Shown here in pieces: positions 30,555 to 39,513 of a DNA stretch of 39,513 nt. Origin of the DNA: Puniceicoccales bacterium (GTDB lineage: Bacteria; Verrucomicrobiota; Verrucomicrobiia; Opitutales; LL51). The position numbers and the translations under genes are program-made. Numbering within the stretch: position 1 is the first letter of the stretch; each line of letters begins with the position of its first letter. The stretch is from positions 1 to 39,513 of the forward strand of contig JAIRYA010000058.1 of the NCBI GenBank assembly GCA_031268005.1. The letters run 5' to 3'. The notes beneath the pieces are model-generated. The model saw nothing but the letters and a program-made list of their open reading frames with translations, had not been told where the DNA came from and did not search any database.

Positions 30555-30673
30555 AAAATTTTTTTAAGCCTTAAATTTCTTCCGGAATCGTCAAGTTTTT
30601 TTCTCGAAAACCCACCCCACAAATGGTCAATTTTTAATTGCAATTGCCCGCAAGGGAAATTTTATGATTTTTT

Positions 30674-31231
30674 TTAATTTCTTAGATTATTTTCGCTATT
30701 TTTGGCAACATTTTTTTTGCTTGATCCCAATGTCTTTTTGGCTTCCTCCGATTTAAAATAGGTTGCAACTATCTTACCATCGAAAATGGGAATGACGATG
30801 GCACTCAATATACCCGTGACGCTCAATATAACGCGATAGGGATCCGGAAACCCTTCACCAAATAATGTAAAATCATTCGTAACAATTCGTAACAATGTTG
30901 GTAAAATAAATAGCAAAACATAGCTCAGAGAAATAACATAGCCAGCAACTAGGAAACGAATACCAAGCATTCCCTGGACGATGCCTTTAATAATAGATAT
31001 TAGGATACAAAATGCACAGATGTCACTCAAACTAGAAGCCGTAACTTTGACCCAAGGGATACCTTGGTAATGTTCACCGGCGAAAGCGGCTTTAAAATAT
31101 TCTGCGCCGGAATAGGAAATACGAATAATTGCACAACCATAGCGGATTATAGCGTAAACAAAAGTAATTGCAAGTAAAAATTTCACTATTGCAAATACCT
31201 GCTCTTTGAAATTTTCTGTATTTTCATTCAT
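30674..31231 (-). CDS. Hypothetical ~4-TM membrane protein (alternative start 31246)
   Basis: Four hydrophobic segments and a basic C-tail; a TTGACA-containing promoter-like element overlaps the 31246 ATG, favouring 31231. Confidence 0.7.
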   Translation of the reverse strand: MNENTENFKEQVFAIVKFLLAITFVYAIIRYGCAIIRISYSGAEYFKAAFAGEHYQGIPWVKVTASSLSDICAFCILISIIKGIVQGMLGIRFLVAGYVISLSYVLLFILPTLLRIVTNDFTLFGEGFPDPYRVILSVTGILSAIVIPIFDGKIVATYFKSEEAKKTLGSSKKNVAKNSENNLRN

Positions 31232-31404
31232 AATATCTATTAACATTATGAATAAAAAATAATTGTCAAGAAATATTTATAAATTAATTAAAATTTATCC
31301 TTTTCCGAAGGTTATCCCCCGATGGAAATCACTGGAACGAATTTTCCACTTGCCTGGTATTCGCGCCTTAGCATCTGTCTTTTAAATTTTTAGGGGTAAT
31401 ATGA

Positions 31405-31866
31405 CTAGGCGGTGGTCGCTTCCGGAACCACATCAAATACAAAATCAACGGTAACATCGCGATGCAATTTAATTTTTGCCGTGCCCTGACCGATGTGCTT
31501 TACCGGATCGAAGTGAATTTTTTTGCGATCAATCGCAATCCCGCATTCCTCCATTTTATGCGTCAAATCGGCGGCCGTAATCGCACCAAACATCTTTCCC
31601 CGTTCCCCCGTTTTGACCGAAAAAACAATGGACAAGCTACGAATTTTTTCTGCCAATTCTCTGGCTTCCTGGAGTTCTTTTACTTCCCGCTCCGCGCGAC
31701 GCGTGCGCAAAACATCGATCTGTTTGCGATTGGCACGCGTCACCGAGATCGCAAACTTTCTCGGCAAAAGATAATTCCTCGCATAGCCCGCCCGCACCGT
31801 TACCACATCACCTTCGTAGCCGAGGTGATCAACCTTTTGAAGTAATAAAATATCTGCCGTAGCCAT
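31405..31866 (-). CDS. rplI: 50S ribosomal protein L9
   Basis: LGYEGDVVTVRAGYARNYLLP, GKMFGAIT. Confidence 0.97.
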   Translation of the reverse strand: MATADILLLQKVDHLGYEGDVVTVRAGYARNYLLPRKFAISVTRANRKQIDVLRTRRAEREVKELQEARELAEKIRSLSIVFSVKTGERGKMFGAITAADLTHKMEECGIAIDRKKIHFDPVKHIGQGTAKIKLHRDVTVDFVFDVVPEATTA

Positions 31867-31893
31867 AATCTTTAAATTTTTCTCCCACTGAAA

Positions 31894-32355
31894 TTAAAAT
31901 GGAACGTCTTCGTCCAGTGCTTCATTGGGACGTGCCATCGAAGGGACATTGGACGTTTCCTCTTTCTTTAAAGCGACCGGAGCCGGATTCGAAAAATTTC
32001 CATCGCCAGTCTCTTCTTCCAATCGAGCGCTTCCGATGAACTGAAAATTTTCCAAAACAACACATAATTTACTCCGCTTTTCGCCCGTAGCCGATTCCCA
32101 TTGGTCGAGACGCAAGCGCCCTTCGATGAAAATCGGACGTCCCTTGGTAAAATAACGCCCAATCACCTCTGCCTGCTTAGCGAAGGCATCCACATCCACA
32201 AAAACAACCTCTTCCCTATTTTCGCCGTCATTTCCCCGCGAAATACGGGTCGTTGCGACACCAAATCGGCATACCGTTGTTCCACTGTTTGTCGTACGCA
32301 CTTCGGGATCTCGGGTCAAATTGCCAAGGATAATTACTTTATTAAAGGAAGCCAT
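31894..32355 (-). CDS. ssb: Single-stranded DNA-binding protein
   Basis: FNKVIILGNLTRDPE, KGRPIFIEGRL, acidic tail DEDVPF. Confidence 0.98.
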   Translation of the reverse strand: MASFNKVIILGNLTRDPEVRTTNSGTTVCRFGVATTRISRGNDGENREEVVFVDVDAFAKQAEVIGRYFTKGRPIFIEGRLRLDQWESATGEKRSKLCVVLENFQFIGSARLEEETGDGNFSNPAPVALKKEETSNVPSMARPNEALDEDVPF

Positions 32356-32645
32356 TATTTCGTCTCAATAAACACGCGATTGACGGTTGAGTCAAGGCTA
32401 AACTTCGAACGGATGAGGCCAAGGGTCGCCGTTGGCGCCTGAAACGCAACGTGCAGGTAGATTCCTAGCGGAAACTTGCGATCGGTAATGCGCCGAAACT
32501 TCATTTGTCCCCTATTAATAATGTCACCAACGATCGCGCCCGTCTCAACGAACTTCGCTTTGATATTTTCGACCAATGCCTCAACGGAATCCTGATACTT
32601 TCGCGTATCAAGAATCATGGTTGCTCTGTAAGATTTTGTTCGCAT
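32355..32645 (-). CDS. rpsF: 30S ribosomal protein S6
   Basis: 96 aa, Y...MILD..G...F......GIY pattern, AGGAG RBS, located between pth and ssb. Confidence 0.9.
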   Translation of the reverse strand: MRTKSYRATMILDTRKYQDSVEALVENIKAKFVETGAIVGDIINRGQMKFRRITDRKFPLGIYLHVAFQAPTATLGLIRSKFSLDSTVNRVFIETK

Positions 32646-33220
32646 ACACTCCTGTTAACCATATTCATGGCGCTCAAAACGCCTTTGTCAAGTAGTAGTT
32701 GCAGGCTATTACAGATATTTGGCATTTTTTTTGCTAAAATTTCCGTTTCCTCGCCATCGAAGCGACTGAGCACGTGATCTGCGAGATCCATGTGGGGATG
32801 TTTTTTTTTGCCAATTCCAACGCGAAATCGAACAAATCCAGGACCCATTTTTTCCAGAATACTTTTAAGGCCATTGTGTCCCGCCGTTCCCGGACGTTCC
32901 GTAATTTTTATTTGACCGAGATCGAGGGTAATGTCATCGCAAACGACGACAACCTCCGAACTTTGGATTTTAAAGAAAGAACAAACTTTGGCGACCGGAT
33001 CTCCGGAAAGATTCATGAAACCAGTCGATTTTAGGAGAAGTAAATGGCCATCGGATTGGGGAATTTTGAGCATGAATACGGACATCGCCCTTTCCTTTTT
33101 CCACAGGATATATCCTTTGGTTTTGGCAAAATAATCGACGACGGCAAAGCCAACATTGTGCCTCGTATTTTCATAGAACACACCACAATTGCCGAGACCG
33201 ACGACGACTTTGAAAAACAT
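32615..33220 (-). CDS. pth: Peptidyl-tRNA hydrolase
   Basis: VGLGN..YENTRHNVGF, FMNLSG, GHNGLKSI, RVGIG, HVLSRF. Confidence 0.97.
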   Translation of the reverse strand: MFFKVVVGLGNCGVFYENTRHNVGFAVVDYFAKTKGYILWKKERAMSVFMLKIPQSDGHLLLLKSTGFMNLSGDPVAKVCSFFKIQSSEVVVVCDDITLDLGQIKITERPGTAGHNGLKSILEKMGPGFVRFRVGIGKKKHPHMDLADHVLSRFDGEETEILAKKMPNICNSLQLLLDKGVLSAMNMVNRSVCEQNLTEQP

Positions 33221-33232
33221 GCTTGCGTCTAT

Positions 33233-33838
33233 TTATTTCTCCGCAGCTTTAGGAACGGAATCTTCGGCTTCTTTCTCCCCTTCCGCTTCCTCACCGATAC
33301 ACGCGACCACGACACCTTTGGGATCTCCAGGATATTCGACACCTTCGAATTGGGGGAGATCTCTAATATGGATACTCTGACCGGCATGGAGATCGGTGAT
33401 ATCAATTTCAATGACCCCGATGAGCTGTTTCGGCAGGCAACGCACCGTTACCTTATGGCGAACAACTTCGAGCATTGCTTTCTCGTTTTTAACGCCGTAG
33501 GCTTCACCTTTGACGTGAATGGGGACCGTCGTTGTAAATTTTTCGTCATTTGATATTTCCTGGAAATCGACGTGCATAAAGCGATCGGTCATCGCATTGC
33601 GTTGGATTTCAGTAATAATCGTAAGAACGGACTTACTATCATTTGTGAGTTGAACGGTTGCAGCCGTATCACCCTTTTGGCGCATGAGCATGCGAAATTC
33701 AACGTCATCGACACTCACGGAAAAGGACCCCGATTTACCGTAAATCACCGACGGAATATGCCCCGCTTTACGCAGTCTCGAAGCGGGATGTCGACCTTTT
33801 TCCGTACGCTCACTAAATTTAAGATGCAATTGCTTCAT
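33233..33838 (-). CDS. rplY: 50S ribosomal protein L25/Ctc (long form)
   Basis: RLRKAGHIPSVIYG, HVDF, GEAYGVK, C-terminal beta domain. Confidence 0.96.
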   Translation of the reverse strand: MKQLHLKFSERTEKGRHPASRLRKAGHIPSVIYGKSGSFSVSVDDVEFRMLMRQKGDTAATVQLTNDSKSVLTIITEIQRNAMTDRFMHVDFQEISNDEKFTTTVPIHVKGEAYGVKNEKAMLEVVRHKVTVRCLPKQLIGVIEIDITDLHAGQSIHIRDLPQFEGVEYPGDPKGVVVACIGEEAEGEKEAEDSVPKAAEK

Positions 33839-34134
33839 ATCTATTTCTCCTGTTAATTAATCAAGTCTAAACGCATTACAAGGTAAAAAAATCATTTTCA
33901 TGGAATCAATTTTCGGAACATTTTTCAAAAATTTAATGGCAATGGAAAATCACTTCGACTGCTAATTCCCACTTCCCATCGATTCATTGCAAAGGAAAAA
34001 TTTGATTTCCCCATCTCAATTTCGCCATTTCCATTGCAATAATTTTTTGTGCTCAGTTTTGATTTCCCACTTCGCCATTCCCGTAAAGCACATTATTCCA
34101 TTTACTTTTTCTTCGGCGTTTTATCCTTTTACCC

Positions 34135-35022
34135 ATGTCGAAATGCTTCCTCATCGATGGTCTCAATCTTATTTTCCGCTGCTTCTATGGCATTCCCCTT
34201 CTCAATAGCAAAAATTTTCCGACCAATGCCATCTTCGGTGCCGTTAAAATTTTATCTAAAATAATCGCTCTGGAAAATCCATCCCACGTGGCCATTTTTT
34301 TTGACAAGGGACGCGATCCCCATCGAAAATTGCTCCTCCCCGAATACAAAGCCAATCGCGGTGAAACCCCCGATCCGATAAAAGTCCAAATCCCCGTGGT
34401 GAAGGAATTTGCCTACGCCTTGGGCTGTACCGTTATCGAACGTTCGGGCATCGAAGCCGATGATTTAATCGCTTCCTTTTCGCAAAAATATCATTCCCAG
34501 TTCGATGAAATTATAATTTTCAGTACGGATAAGGATTTCGCCCAATGTGTCGAAGGGAATATCTATCAAATTATTCCCGAAAGCCACAGAGATTCCCTCG
34601 GCAATCGCCTAGATCGCATGGGTATTTTTGAAAAATTTGGCGCCTATCCGGAGCAAATGATCGATTACCTTGCACTCATCGGGGATCAGGCCGATAACAT
34701 TCCCGGGATCCGTGGCGTGGGACCTAAAACGGCGAGTGCATGGCTCAAACAATTTGGCGCCATGGAAGCATTGCTATCCCAAATTCCCAAAATAAAGCCG
34801 CTACGTTTCCAAGCCCTCCTGGAGGAAAATAGGGCCCTACTCCATCGCAATCAACGGCTGATTGCGCTCAATCGAAACATCGATGACATCTACTGCGAAA
34901 CCTTGAATCCCAATGAGCGACAATATGAACAACTCGTCGATTCCTATAAATTAACTTCCCTGCTGAAGCATCCTTCCAAACTCAAAATTTCCCAACCGGA
35001 TCTTTTTAGCGGTCTAGAATAA
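34135..35022 (+). CDS. Stand-alone 5'-3' exonuclease/flap endonuclease (Pol I N-terminal domain family)
   Basis: LIDG, PTNAIFG, YKANR, EADD, DKDF, GDQADNIPGIRGVGPKTA (H3TH); ends at 295 aa with no Klenow domains. Confidence 0.93.
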   Translation: MSKCFLIDGLNLIFRCFYGIPLLNSKNFPTNAIFGAVKILSKIIALENPSHVAIFFDKGRDPHRKLLLPEYKANRGETPDPIKVQIPVVKEFAYALGCTVIERSGIEADDLIASFSQKYHSQFDEIIIFSTDKDFAQCVEGNIYQIIPESHRDSLGNRLDRMGIFEKFGAYPEQMIDYLALIGDQADNIPGIRGVGPKTASAWLKQFGAMEALLSQIPKIKPLRFQALLEENRALLHRNQRLIALNRNIDDIYCETLNPNERQYEQLVDSYKLTSLLKHPSKLKISQPDLFSGLE

Positions 35023-35090
35023 TGGGAAAATAAATTTTTTATGGGATTGATTTTTCGTGAAAAATTTTTGAGTTATCTTTTTTAAAGATT

Positions 35091-35711
35091 ATGAACAAAA
35101 AAGTGATAAATATAGGTATAGTGTTAGGAAATTGTCTTGGCTCGATGCATTGCCATGGGGCAGCGGATCAATTCATGTTTATGAAAAAAAAGCATTTTAA
35201 AAGAAATGACCAATCGATCTGCGATTTCCAGGAAATAGAAAAAAATAATTCACAATTCATCCAAGAAATAGGGCACGGTGGAAAAATTTTATATGAATGG
35301 GAAAAAATATGTCCCTGTGCGGAAATAGTTCCCGATAAACCTTATGGAAAAAGGACAGTGCTCCATGAAAATATTAAAGCTGCCGTTAGGAATAAAAACC
35401 CTAAAGATTTGGTAAAATTACTGAAAAAACCTTCTTCCCAGAACATACGCGATAAATTTATTAAAAAATACCCATTTCTACTTCACGATGTAATAAGGTT
35501 CTACACTGAAACTTTAGAAAATACGGCAACAATTAATAGCATTATAATGATCATTAACCATTTGATAAAATTTGGTTATTTTAATATTCCCGATGAAAGT
35601 GGAAAAACACCTTCCGAATTGTGGAAAGAATTTTCTTCCAAATGCCAAATCTTACAAATTTACTCGAATAAATCGAGAAGAACATCAAATAGAGGGGGAA
35701 TGCAACAGTAA
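35091..35711 (+). CDS. Hypothetical AT-rich protein with possible signal peptide and degenerate ankyrin-like motif
   Basis: MNKKVINIGIVLG.. N-terminus; LLHDVIR..IINHLIKFG.FNIPDESGKTPSEL. Confidence 0.6.
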   Translation: MNKKVINIGIVLGNCLGSMHCHGAADQFMFMKKKHFKRNDQSICDFQEIEKNNSQFIQEIGHGGKILYEWEKICPCAEIVPDKPYGKRTVLHENIKAAVRNKNPKDLVKLLKKPSSQNIRDKFIKKYPFLLHDVIRFYTETLENTATINSIIMIINHLIKFGYFNIPDESGKTPSELWKEFSSKCQILQIYSNKSRRTSNRGGMQQ

Positions 35712-35713
35712 TT

Positions 35714-37936
35714 CTAGGTATCATTTTCCGAATTAATGGCGACCAGGCCTTGTTCGCGGAGGGTATCCATAATGCGAGCGGCACGATTATAGCCAATCTT
35801 TAATTTCCGCTGCAAGAATGACGTGGAAGCGTGGTCATTGGTGCGAATAATTTCCAATGCGCGGGGAATGAGTTCATCATCCCAACTGCCATCATTGTCA
35901 GCGGCGGATTCGGCGCCGCTTTCGATCTGTTTTTGCACGGATTGTTCAATCATCGGTCCACCATTTTTTTCGTAGAGAAAGTCGACAATTCGATTGATTT
36001 CATCGTCCGAGACCAGCGCGCCTTGGGCCCTCAGTAGCCCCGAGGCCCCCGGAGGAGAAAATAGCATATCCCCTTGTCCGAGGAGTGCCTCCGCTCCACC
36101 CATATCCAAAATGGTCCGGCTGTCCACCTTTGAGGAAACCTTAAAGGCGATGCGGGAGGGTAAATTGGCCTTAATGATTCCCGTGATGACGTTGACCGAT
36201 GGCCGCTGGGTGGCGAGAATGAGATGAATTCCGGCGGCACGTGCCAATTGGGCAATGCGTGCGATACAGGTTTCGATATCACCGGGAGCGATCATCATGA
36301 GATCGGCCAATTCGTCGATAATGCAAACGATATAGGGAAATTTTTTATACTCAAAATCCTCTTCGAAGGAGAGCTTTTTCAGAAAAGGTAATTTTTCGTT
36401 GTAGTTACCGATATTGCGCACGCCGGCTTTTGCGAAAATTTTATAGCGCAATTCCATCTCCGCGATTAGCCACTTGAGGGCATTGGGAACATTTTTAGGA
36501 TCCGTGACGACGGGGATAAGCATGTGGGGAAGTTTATTATAATTTTGCATTTCGACGATTTTGGGATCAACCATGATGAAACGCAGATCTTCCGGCGAAG
36601 CGTGGTAGAGTAAAGAGGCAACGATGGCATTGATACAGACCGTTTTTCCGGAACCGGTAGCACCGGCGATAAGAAGGTGTGGCATTTTGGCGAGATCGTA
36701 GATCATGGGTTCACCGGTAACACCACGCCCAAGAACAATGGGAATGGCCGCTTGGGTTTCGACCCAATTCTTGGATTCGAGAATTTCTCGCAGGTGTACG
36801 CTCGCAGGATTTTTATTGGATAATTCAATGCCAACGCAACCTTTTCCGGGGACGGGAGCGATAATGCGCACGGATTTTGCCGCCAGTCCCAGGGCAATGT
36901 TTTTATCGAGATTGGCAATTTTTTCGACGCGAACGCCCGCTTCCGGCGTAACTTCGTAGCGCGTAATGACAGGGCCTTTGTGGATTTCTCCCGGAGATAC
37001 GGAGACTCCAAATTGAGCCAATACTTCGATGAGACGGCGGATAACAGCTTCGCAATTTTCCTGGCTATTGCTTGAATTTTTCGAAACTTCCAATAGATCA
37101 ATCTTTGGAAAAATATAGTCCGAATCGCATTGCTTTACGGGTATGCTAATCCTATCGATGGTCGTTTCTTCGAAAATTTGAACATCCCGGTGGAATAAAT
37201 CGACTCCATCGACGTAGTCGTGCACATTGCTTGAAACGTCGGGCAACTTATTACTTGGGATATCGGGTAGCCTATGCGTTTCACCGATGGAGTGAAAATC
37301 CTTTCCCTTTGAAAGAGCATTTTCCTTCCCAGTATTATTAGCCTTTCTAAAAAATTTTCGGCCCATTTCGACGATAAATTGAATGGCACTCCCTCCCCAA
37401 GAAAGGGGTTTTAGGAGGAACGGATGCCTGTAGAAAAATAAATATATGGGGAAGGTAATTTGAAGAAACAGTAAGCTGAATAGGATAAAAACACTGCCCA
37501 ATTTTCCAAAAAAGGGGAGAAAAAATCGTTCCAAGGCGAGATTCCCCACAATTCCACCGAGACCGGCCGTCATCGTCATAGGGATATGATAAATTATATA
37601 AAAATGTTGAACCCACTCCAAAAATGTGGACGATAAAAGGAGTACTCCCACCGTCAAAAAGGTGAGCCAAAGGGGAAATTTTCGAGGGAAACAAAAATAA
37701 AAAAGAAGCAATAGGGAAATAGGGAGAAGGAGGTAGGCGGGAGCACCGAATAGGCGAAAAAGCCAAAACGCGGCCGAAGAACCCAGTGCTCCGGCTAAAC
37801 TATTACTCCCGAAGACATAGTCGGTGGTAATAAGATGGCTTTGCTGGGGTGAAAAATCAAAAAGGGCGATACATAGCAGCACGGTAACGATGGCCATGGT
37901 GATTCCCGAAATCATTCTTTTTTTTGTCGACAACAT
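35714..37936 (-). CDS. ftsK: DNA translocase FtsK/SpoIIIE
   Basis: N-terminal TM domain, GPVITRYE, PHLLIAGATGSGKT, IDELADLMM, LATQRPS, gamma domain STSFLQRKLKIGYNRAAR. Confidence 0.98.
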   Translation of the reverse strand: MLSTKKRMISGITMAIVTVLLCIALFDFSPQQSHLITTDYVFGSNSLAGALGSSAAFWLFRLFGAPAYLLLPISLLLLFYFCFPRKFPLWLTFLTVGVLLLSSTFLEWVQHFYIIYHIPMTMTAGLGGIVGNLALERFFLPFFGKLGSVFILFSLLFLQITFPIYLFFYRHPFLLKPLSWGGSAIQFIVEMGRKFFRKANNTGKENALSKGKDFHSIGETHRLPDIPSNKLPDVSSNVHDYVDGVDLFHRDVQIFEETTIDRISIPVKQCDSDYIFPKIDLLEVSKNSSNSQENCEAVIRRLIEVLAQFGVSVSPGEIHKGPVITRYEVTPEAGVRVEKIANLDKNIALGLAAKSVRIIAPVPGKGCVGIELSNKNPASVHLREILESKNWVETQAAIPIVLGRGVTGEPMIYDLAKMPHLLIAGATGSGKTVCINAIVASLLYHASPEDLRFIMVDPKIVEMQNYNKLPHMLIPVVTDPKNVPNALKWLIAEMELRYKIFAKAGVRNIGNYNEKLPFLKKLSFEEDFEYKKFPYIVCIIDELADLMMIAPGDIETCIARIAQLARAAGIHLILATQRPSVNVITGIIKANLPSRIAFKVSSKVDSRTILDMGGAEALLGQGDMLFSPPGASGLLRAQGALVSDDEINRIVDFLYEKNGGPMIEQSVQKQIESGAESAADNDGSWDDELIPRALEIIRTNDHASTSFLQRKLKIGYNRAARIMDTLREQGLVAINSENDT

Positions 37937-37951
37937 TTTCTTATAGAAATG

Positions 37952-37980
37952 ACTGTACCAAAACTATTGGGGAAGTGCAA
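37952..37980 (-). promoter_or_regulatory. Putative sigma70-type promoter of ftsK
   Basis: Minus strand TTGCAC-N17-TACAGT, 15 nt upstream of the ATG. Confidence 0.4.
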
Positions 37981-38068
37981 CAAAATTTATGCGCATGTGA
38001 CAAAATTTCGAAAGTTTTGAGTTTTTTCTTGATCCTAGGAGGGATATTTTTTCGATAAATCCGTTTTT

Positions 38069-38145
38069 GGGGGATTAGCTCAGTTGGTTAGAGCGTTTGC
38101 ATGACACGCAAGAGGTCACTGGTTCGAGCCCAGTATCTCCCACCA
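38069..38145 (+). tRNA. tRNA-Val(GAC)
   Basis: GGGGGAT/ATCTCCC acceptor, TAGCTCAGTTGGTTAGAGC D arm, loop ATGACAC, GGTTCGAGCCC, encoded CCA. Confidence 0.96.
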
Positions 38146-38216
38146 CTTTTGTTGAAGTGGGAATGAAAAAATAAGATAGCATTGCAAAATTTGAAAAAAT
38201 TCTAGGATACGGCGCC

Positions 38217-39305
38217 GTGAATATTCTTTTTGCCAGTGGAGGATCCGGGGGACATATGGCTCCAGCAATTGCCATTGCGGAACAATTGACAAAACATCGG
38301 TGTATTTTCACGATGAGTAACAAAAAAGTGGATGAAGTTTTTTCTAAAAAATACGATCAATTTCCCTTCGTTAAAGCCAGGGTAACGTCTTTCAGATGGT
38401 CGCCCATTGCATTTTTAAAATTTTTTCATTCCCAAATCGCATCCCTACGCTTTGCGCTACGCTTTTTAAAGGAAAATAAAATCGATCTCGTCATTTCCTT
38501 CGGCGGTTTCAGCTCCTTTGCCTTTGTCCTAGCGGCAAAAATAAAAAAAATTCCATCCATTCTCTACGAATCCAATGTTATTCCGGGAAAGGCGATCCGT
38601 ATTTCCTCCCAATTTGCCGATAAAATACTACTTCCCAATGGCGTTTCCCTGGGAGAGAAAAAAAATATCGAGCACGTGGATTTTCCCATTCGCCAAGAAT
38701 TTGTAGATATGTCCAAAGCCGATGCGCGTGCCCAACTCGGTTGGCCCCCTTCAAAAAAAATTATTCTTTTTATCGGCGGTAGTAATGGCGCAATGGTATT
38801 CAATAAGTGGGTTCAGCAAAATTTTATGCGCCTAGCCTACCACAACGTCGACATCCATTGCATCGGAGGCTCCGGATTTAGCGAAGAAAAGGAAATCACC
38901 TTCGAAGACTGCACACTTCGCATGCTTCCCTTTTGCGAAAATATGAACCCGGTTCTGCGCGCATGCGATCTGGTCATCGCACGGGCAGGAGCCGGTACCA
39001 TCGCCGAATGCCAATTCTGTAAAAAGCCAATGATTCTAATTCCCCATCCTCTTTCCGCGGATAACCACCAATTGGCCAATGCAAAAAAAGCGGAAAAACA
39101 GGGAATTGCCGCCGTTGTTGAACAAAATAATCTCGAAAGCTTGGCCAGTCAAATCCTTGAAATGCTTTCAAATTCCTCCATCCTATCCTCCATGCAGCGC
39201 AATCTCGAAAAGACATTCGTTCCCAGAGCCGCCGAACAAATCGCTTCCATCGTTGAAAATTTTCTCCAGGAGAGAAAAAATAAACCGAAAAAACGTCAAA
39301 CATAA
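38217..39305 (+). CDS. murG: Undecaprenyl-PP-MurNAc-pentapeptide GlcNAc transferase MurG
   Basis: GGSGGH, GGFSS, YESN..PG, GGSNGA, RAGAGTIAE, HQLANA. Confidence 0.95.
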   Translation: MNILFASGGSGGHMAPAIAIAEQLTKHRCIFTMSNKKVDEVFSKKYDQFPFVKARVTSFRWSPIAFLKFFHSQIASLRFALRFLKENKIDLVISFGGFSSFAFVLAAKIKKIPSILYESNVIPGKAIRISSQFADKILLPNGVSLGEKKNIEHVDFPIRQEFVDMSKADARAQLGWPPSKKIILFIGGSNGAMVFNKWVQQNFMRLAYHNVDIHCIGGSGFSEEKEITFEDCTLRMLPFCENMNPVLRACDLVIARAGAGTIAECQFCKKPMILIPHPLSADNHQLANAKKAEKQGIAAVVEQNNLESLASQILEMLSNSSILSSMQRNLEKTFVPRAAEQIASIVENFLQERKNKPKKRQT

Positions 39306-39513
39306 AGTTTGCCGCGTTGAAAATTATCGCAAAGCACAATTCTTTCATTATTTTTATTCTATTTTTTATATTTAGGAGTTAAAAATCCTTATGAAAGCCA
39401 TTGCCCTTTTACTTTCCGTTATTTCCAGTACAAAAACCAAAAGCCCTAACTATTAATGACCCTTTCAAAAATTATTCTCCGTTTTTCTATTTATTTCCTA
39501 GCAACCAATTAAA

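Noticed and set aside
30468-30677. ORFs overlapping tRNA genes (30468..30677 and 38075..38323)
   Set aside because: Antisense translations of tRNA-Gly and tRNA-Val.
39391-39456. 21-codon ORF MKAIALLLSVISSTKTKSPNY with upstream AGGAG
   Set aside because: Too short and at the window edge; cannot be distinguished from chance or a pseudogene start without downstream sequence.

Overview
Housekeeping-rich, AT-rich bacterial chromosome segment. Gene content and order suggest, by inference, a Verrucomicrobiota (Opitutia/Puniceicoccales-like) organism that is probably host-associated or intracellular: alpha2-type GlyRS, EIIA-DAC fusion, rplY-pth-rpsF-ssb-rplI without rpsR, IF-1 with a basic tail, stand-alone 5'-3' exonuclease. 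Core genes are yajC (partial), dnaN, comEC, mlaF/mlaD/pqiC-like, eno, glyQS, lpxB, ychF, lptF, infA, mnmE, gap, cysS, rplI, ssb, rpsF, pth, rplY, ftsK and murG, plus tRNA-Leu(TAG), tRNA-Gly(TCC) and tRNA-Val(GAC). Interspersed are several very AT/Lys-rich orphan genes that look like secreted effectors, including a clear SopB/IpgD-family phosphoinositide phosphatase (NCKSGKDRTG). The most striking non-coding signal is a modular multi-hairpin intergenic repeat family: two ~230-260 bp copies plus two remnants. Its central 17-19 bp palindrome differs between copies only by fully compensated substitutions, and its short hairpins each carry a 5' AGGT/GAGT tetranucleotide, like REP/BIME elements. Other leads: a half-size PnuC-like protein coupled to a NadR/AAA_28-type P-loop protein, a passenger-less autotransporter barrel, a candidate structured ncRNA, and an A73 tRNA-Gly. 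All family calls come from motif recognition by eye; no searches were run.
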